Source of the DNA: Octopus sinensis
Taxonomy: Eukaryota
DNA: 64,000 bases
NCBI RefSeq assembly: GCF_006345805.1
Contig: NC_043002.1
Coordinates: forward strand, 111,414,001 to 111,478,000
Reading direction: 5' to 3'
Position numbers and translations under genes: made by a program
Shown: positions 60,480 through 64,000 of the stretch, one piece after another
How positions within the stretch are numbered: the first letter of the stretch is position 1
How the letters are laid out: every line of letters begins with the position of its first letter
Notes under the pieces: model-generated
Databases searched by the model: none
The model's input: the letters and a program-made list of their open reading frames with translations, nothing else
What the model was told of the DNA's origin: nothing

Positions 60480-62330
60480 TAGGAACATCACATGGCAATG
60501 AAGAGAAAATGAAGTGCCAAGAAGTTATTCTAACAGCTCAGATCTTTTTTTTGTATAAAACTAATGTGATGCTTGGAATGGAGCAACTCTTTATATGGAT
60601 TGAGGATCAGACTCAACACATTGTATCAATAAACATCATAGTAATTAAGAAAATGCCAAAGGTTTGTTTAATGATTTACAGAAAAAACAAAGGTGAAATT
60701 TGTAATGCAAAACGAATTTCTGGCCAGTAAAAACTGGTTTGAAAGATTTAAGATATGCTTGAATTTTTAAAACACAAAAATGAGGCTGCCAGTCCTGATA
60801 CAGAAGCTGCTGCTAATTATCCTATGCAACCGAAAGAAGTGATTGCTGAAGGGGAACACACACTGGAATAAGGAGACGATGTTGATGAAATTGCTCTTTC
60901 CTAGTAGCTAATCATCATCATCATCATCGTTTAACGTCCGTTTTCCGCGCTAGCACGGGTTGGACGGTTCGACTGGGGTCTGGGAAGCCAGGGGCTGCAC
61001 CAGGCTCCAGTCTGATCTGGCAGAGTTTCTACAGCTGGATGCCCTTCCTAATGCCAACCACTCCGCTAATGTCAGCTAAAACTTATTTCTTGAGATGAGA
61101 AACCAATACCAGGATTTAAAGCTTCTAGCAATCATCTGTGGCTTCTTCTGGGAGGAAAAAACCACCTGCGATATGAAATTAAAGCTTCTAAACAGGTATC
61201 ATTCCAAAAACCCCAAAGGCTTTCTTGGGTTATACAAATTTGTCTCTGACTTGGTGTTCAAATAAGAAGGCCTGGATAACCAAGAGCTTTCCCCCCGTTT
61301 TCTGTTGTTCTGCTGTGAAAGTTATTTGAGACTCCCTTCGGTCATGACTGACCATGGGATTGCACCTAGAAAGTTACCCTCCTAGACACAAGTCCAGGCA
61401 ATGATGTTTATGGAAGACCAGCAGTCGCCCATGCATACTGGCTGCCCCTCTCTATGCCATCAGTGTTATCCAAGGGAAAGGCAAAGGCCGATACGGCTTG
61501 GCACCTGTGACGTAGCAACTCATTTCTACAGCTGAGTGAACTAGAGCAACGTGAAATAAAGTGTCTTGCTCAAGAACACAACACGCAGCCCGGTCTGGGA
61601 TTTGAGCTCACAACCTCACGATCATAAGCTCGACGCTCTAACCACTGAGCCATGCACCTTCACATGTGAAAGTTATAGTGCTAGACATAGTATTTCCAAC
61701 AAAGCATTGCTCCTTTTATACAAATGCACCCAGCCACCCAATGAACTTAAATAAGTTTTCTCAGAATGTGAGGGTAGAATATATTCACAAGAGTAAAATT
61801 TCATTGCTCTGGCTAACTTTAAGATATGTTAGAACTTCCAAACAACTTACATTGTGATATTGGCAAATGATGTAGAGTTCGAAGAAGTTATAGAGGATGA
61901 TGTGGTTGCTAGTGTCCCATAGAGAAAGTTTATCTAATGAGGTACTTAGAACAAAATCAATCTGAGAATACAAATAAGAATGTGAAAATTCCACCAACTT
62001 GACAAACTGAATGGCAAAGAACATCGGTAAAGGGGTGGCACTTACAGAGGAAGGTTTTCAAGTTTTTGCTGATAATAAACTTAATTTTGCATGTTACATA
62101 AAAATTTACGGGAGTTTACAATGAACTCAATTCCTTCAGTGAATTGTACAAAAAACTGAGACGCCATAAACATCATACAATTTTGCATAAGTTTTTCACC
62201 CACCAAGTAAGCTGTTGATGAACTATTAGAAGATTGTGTCCCTCATCCTCCCACCATCCTTCATAGAGTAGTCAACATCTTTTGTGGTAAGAACTTACCT
62301 TTTACGATATTATGATTCTTATATATTATA
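60480..62330 (+). mobile_element. Decayed pogo/Tigger-like transposase, interrupted by an RTE tail (60914-61066) and a SINE (61320-61660)
   Basis: Remnants IWIEDQ, FLASKNWFERFK, EAAS.D.EAA, PGFKAS, YHSKNPK, SNKKAWIT and SH.E.LSNE; boundaries approximate. Confidence 0.6.
61320..61660 (-). mobile_element. tRNA-derived SINE with CORE-like central domain
   Basis: Head GGTGCATGGCTCAGTGGTTAGAGC...CTCAAATCCC followed by TTCTTGAGCAAGACACTTTATTTCAC...GTAGAAATGAG. Confidence 0.65.
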
Positions 62331-64000
62331 TTCCCTGACGTATTTCTCATTTTTTAAAATATATTTATTACATGTACTGTGTTTAAAAATTATTTTCCTA
62401 CATAAAAGTGGTCGTGTTGTTTTTTTTTTGCTGTCATTTTGAAAATCAATGGGAAAAATTGATTTTGCATTACAAGTTTGAGGAACGCATTGCTGCCGTA
62501 ACACGGGGCATTCATTTATTTAGACATTTATCATCACTTAAATTACAAAGATTTATCAAATTATTAATCTCCTACATATGTATATATATGTAGCGAATAA
62601 TAAACATAGATGTATATATATATATAGTTACATCTATGTGCACATTATGTGGGTGTGTGTGCGTACACATACACCTATGTGACACTTAAATACGCAATAC
62701 AATATTTGGATGAGTATTTGCGTGTGTATATGAATTTGCTGGTTATATGTAAGATCAGTATAAACTATCCAGACCATTTCTGAGCACCATTCCTTACAGT
62801 AGTAGTAGTAATAATACTTGGAACGAAATTCTTAAAGCAAATAAAAACCCGCAGCGGACAGATGTAGGTATTCAATGCCACGAGGAAAATTGAAAATTAG
62901 CTTATCAAAGATCCAATTTACCTTACTTTATAGAATAGATTATATTTAAACAGTGCTGCAGGATCATTAAGTGATATTTGAAAACCAAATCAAAATTTAT
63001 AATTAAAGCATGTGAGGAATGGTCATTGCAAGTAATAATTTTTTTCAAGAAGATGGAATCAAGTTACTCAATGGTAAGAATTCGTTAATTAAGGCCTACA
63101 TATGAAGACAGATAGAATTATGTCACTTTAAATAGGTAGAACTTTTAAGCATACTTTGGATATACGTACTTAAGCAATTTATGACAATTATTTCGATAGA
63201 TTATATATATATATATACCAATTAAGGACTGAACACGAAAAGTGGACAGTCAACATGCTAGATATAGACGTCAAATCGCCATTCTCCACAAAGATTATGT
63301 TCTCAAATCAAACTCAGCATTTTATATATATATATATATATATATCAACAATATAAGGAATGGCCCTAATAGGCCATTCGACTCACTAGAAAGAGCAGCC
63401 AAACTCAAATCGCTAAATAGTTGTAATTCTGAAATTGAAAGAGAAATAAAAAACATTTACCCTTTTCATCTCTGTATGTATATGTATATATATAATACGT
63501 ATATATTATATGTATGTGTATTTGGGTACTAGTATCGTGTATTTGTATCTCGGAATGCAGATATCTATATATATATGTATGAATAGCAATTAACGAAAGA
63601 AGAAGTATTCTGATAAGGAAACGAAACAGATAATAAAATTATTAGTAAATTTTGATTTAGTTGGTTAAATTTAAATTAAAATATTATATAAATATGTATT
63701 TATTAAATATATATTTACCGGCTTTGTTAAAGACAGCAAAGACAGAGAATAAAAGCTGCGACCGGTTCCACGTTTCTGTCAAATCAATTGCAACGAGTTT
63801 CAAGACACGCAACTCTTCAGGGAAAAGAACAAAGGGAGGAAAAAAAAATATTTAAATTAAGTACAATATTTAATAAACAATGACGTTTCAAATATTTATT
63901 AAATATTATTAAATATTCCTTTTTTGCAAAGAAAAAAAAATCAGCTTTGAAATAAAATAAAATAAAATAAATTGTATTTGCAAAAAAAGTTCTTTGTAAA

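Overview
AT-rich (TA-microsatellite-dense) eukaryotic genomic DNA; the repeat content suggests an octopus/coleoid cephalopod (inference, not database-checked). Two intron-rich housekeeping genes converge tail-to-tail. MRPL2 (mitochondrial ribosomal protein L2, + strand) has 4 coding exons at 10780-16475 giving 292 aa. RTCB (tRNA-splicing RNA ligase, - strand) has 13 coding exons at 51137-17985 giving 504 aa with all catalytic motifs; five of these exons are absent from the ORF track and were recovered by reading splice sites and frame. The rest is transposable-element DNA: at least four SINE families, RTE/CR1/L1-like LINE remnants, mariner, maT (DD37D) and Tigger-like DNA transposons, two TTAA MITE families, a Merlin-like MITE, non-autonomous Helitrons and a solo LTR. 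The most interesting non-genic signal is a 569-bp insertion in RTCB intron 11 with a 12-bp TSD, a minimal C3U-variant hammerhead ribozyme, a 358-nt terminal redundancy and a 5' inversion, i.e. a retrozyme/Penelope pseudo-LTR-like element sitting in the gene of the ligase that joins hammerhead-type ends. Also notable are two more hammerhead-like motifs in an MRPL2 intron, 110-210-bp target-site duplications around RTE 3' tails (one giving an empty/filled MITE site pair), and a cluster of long foldback hairpins in RTCB introns 9-11.
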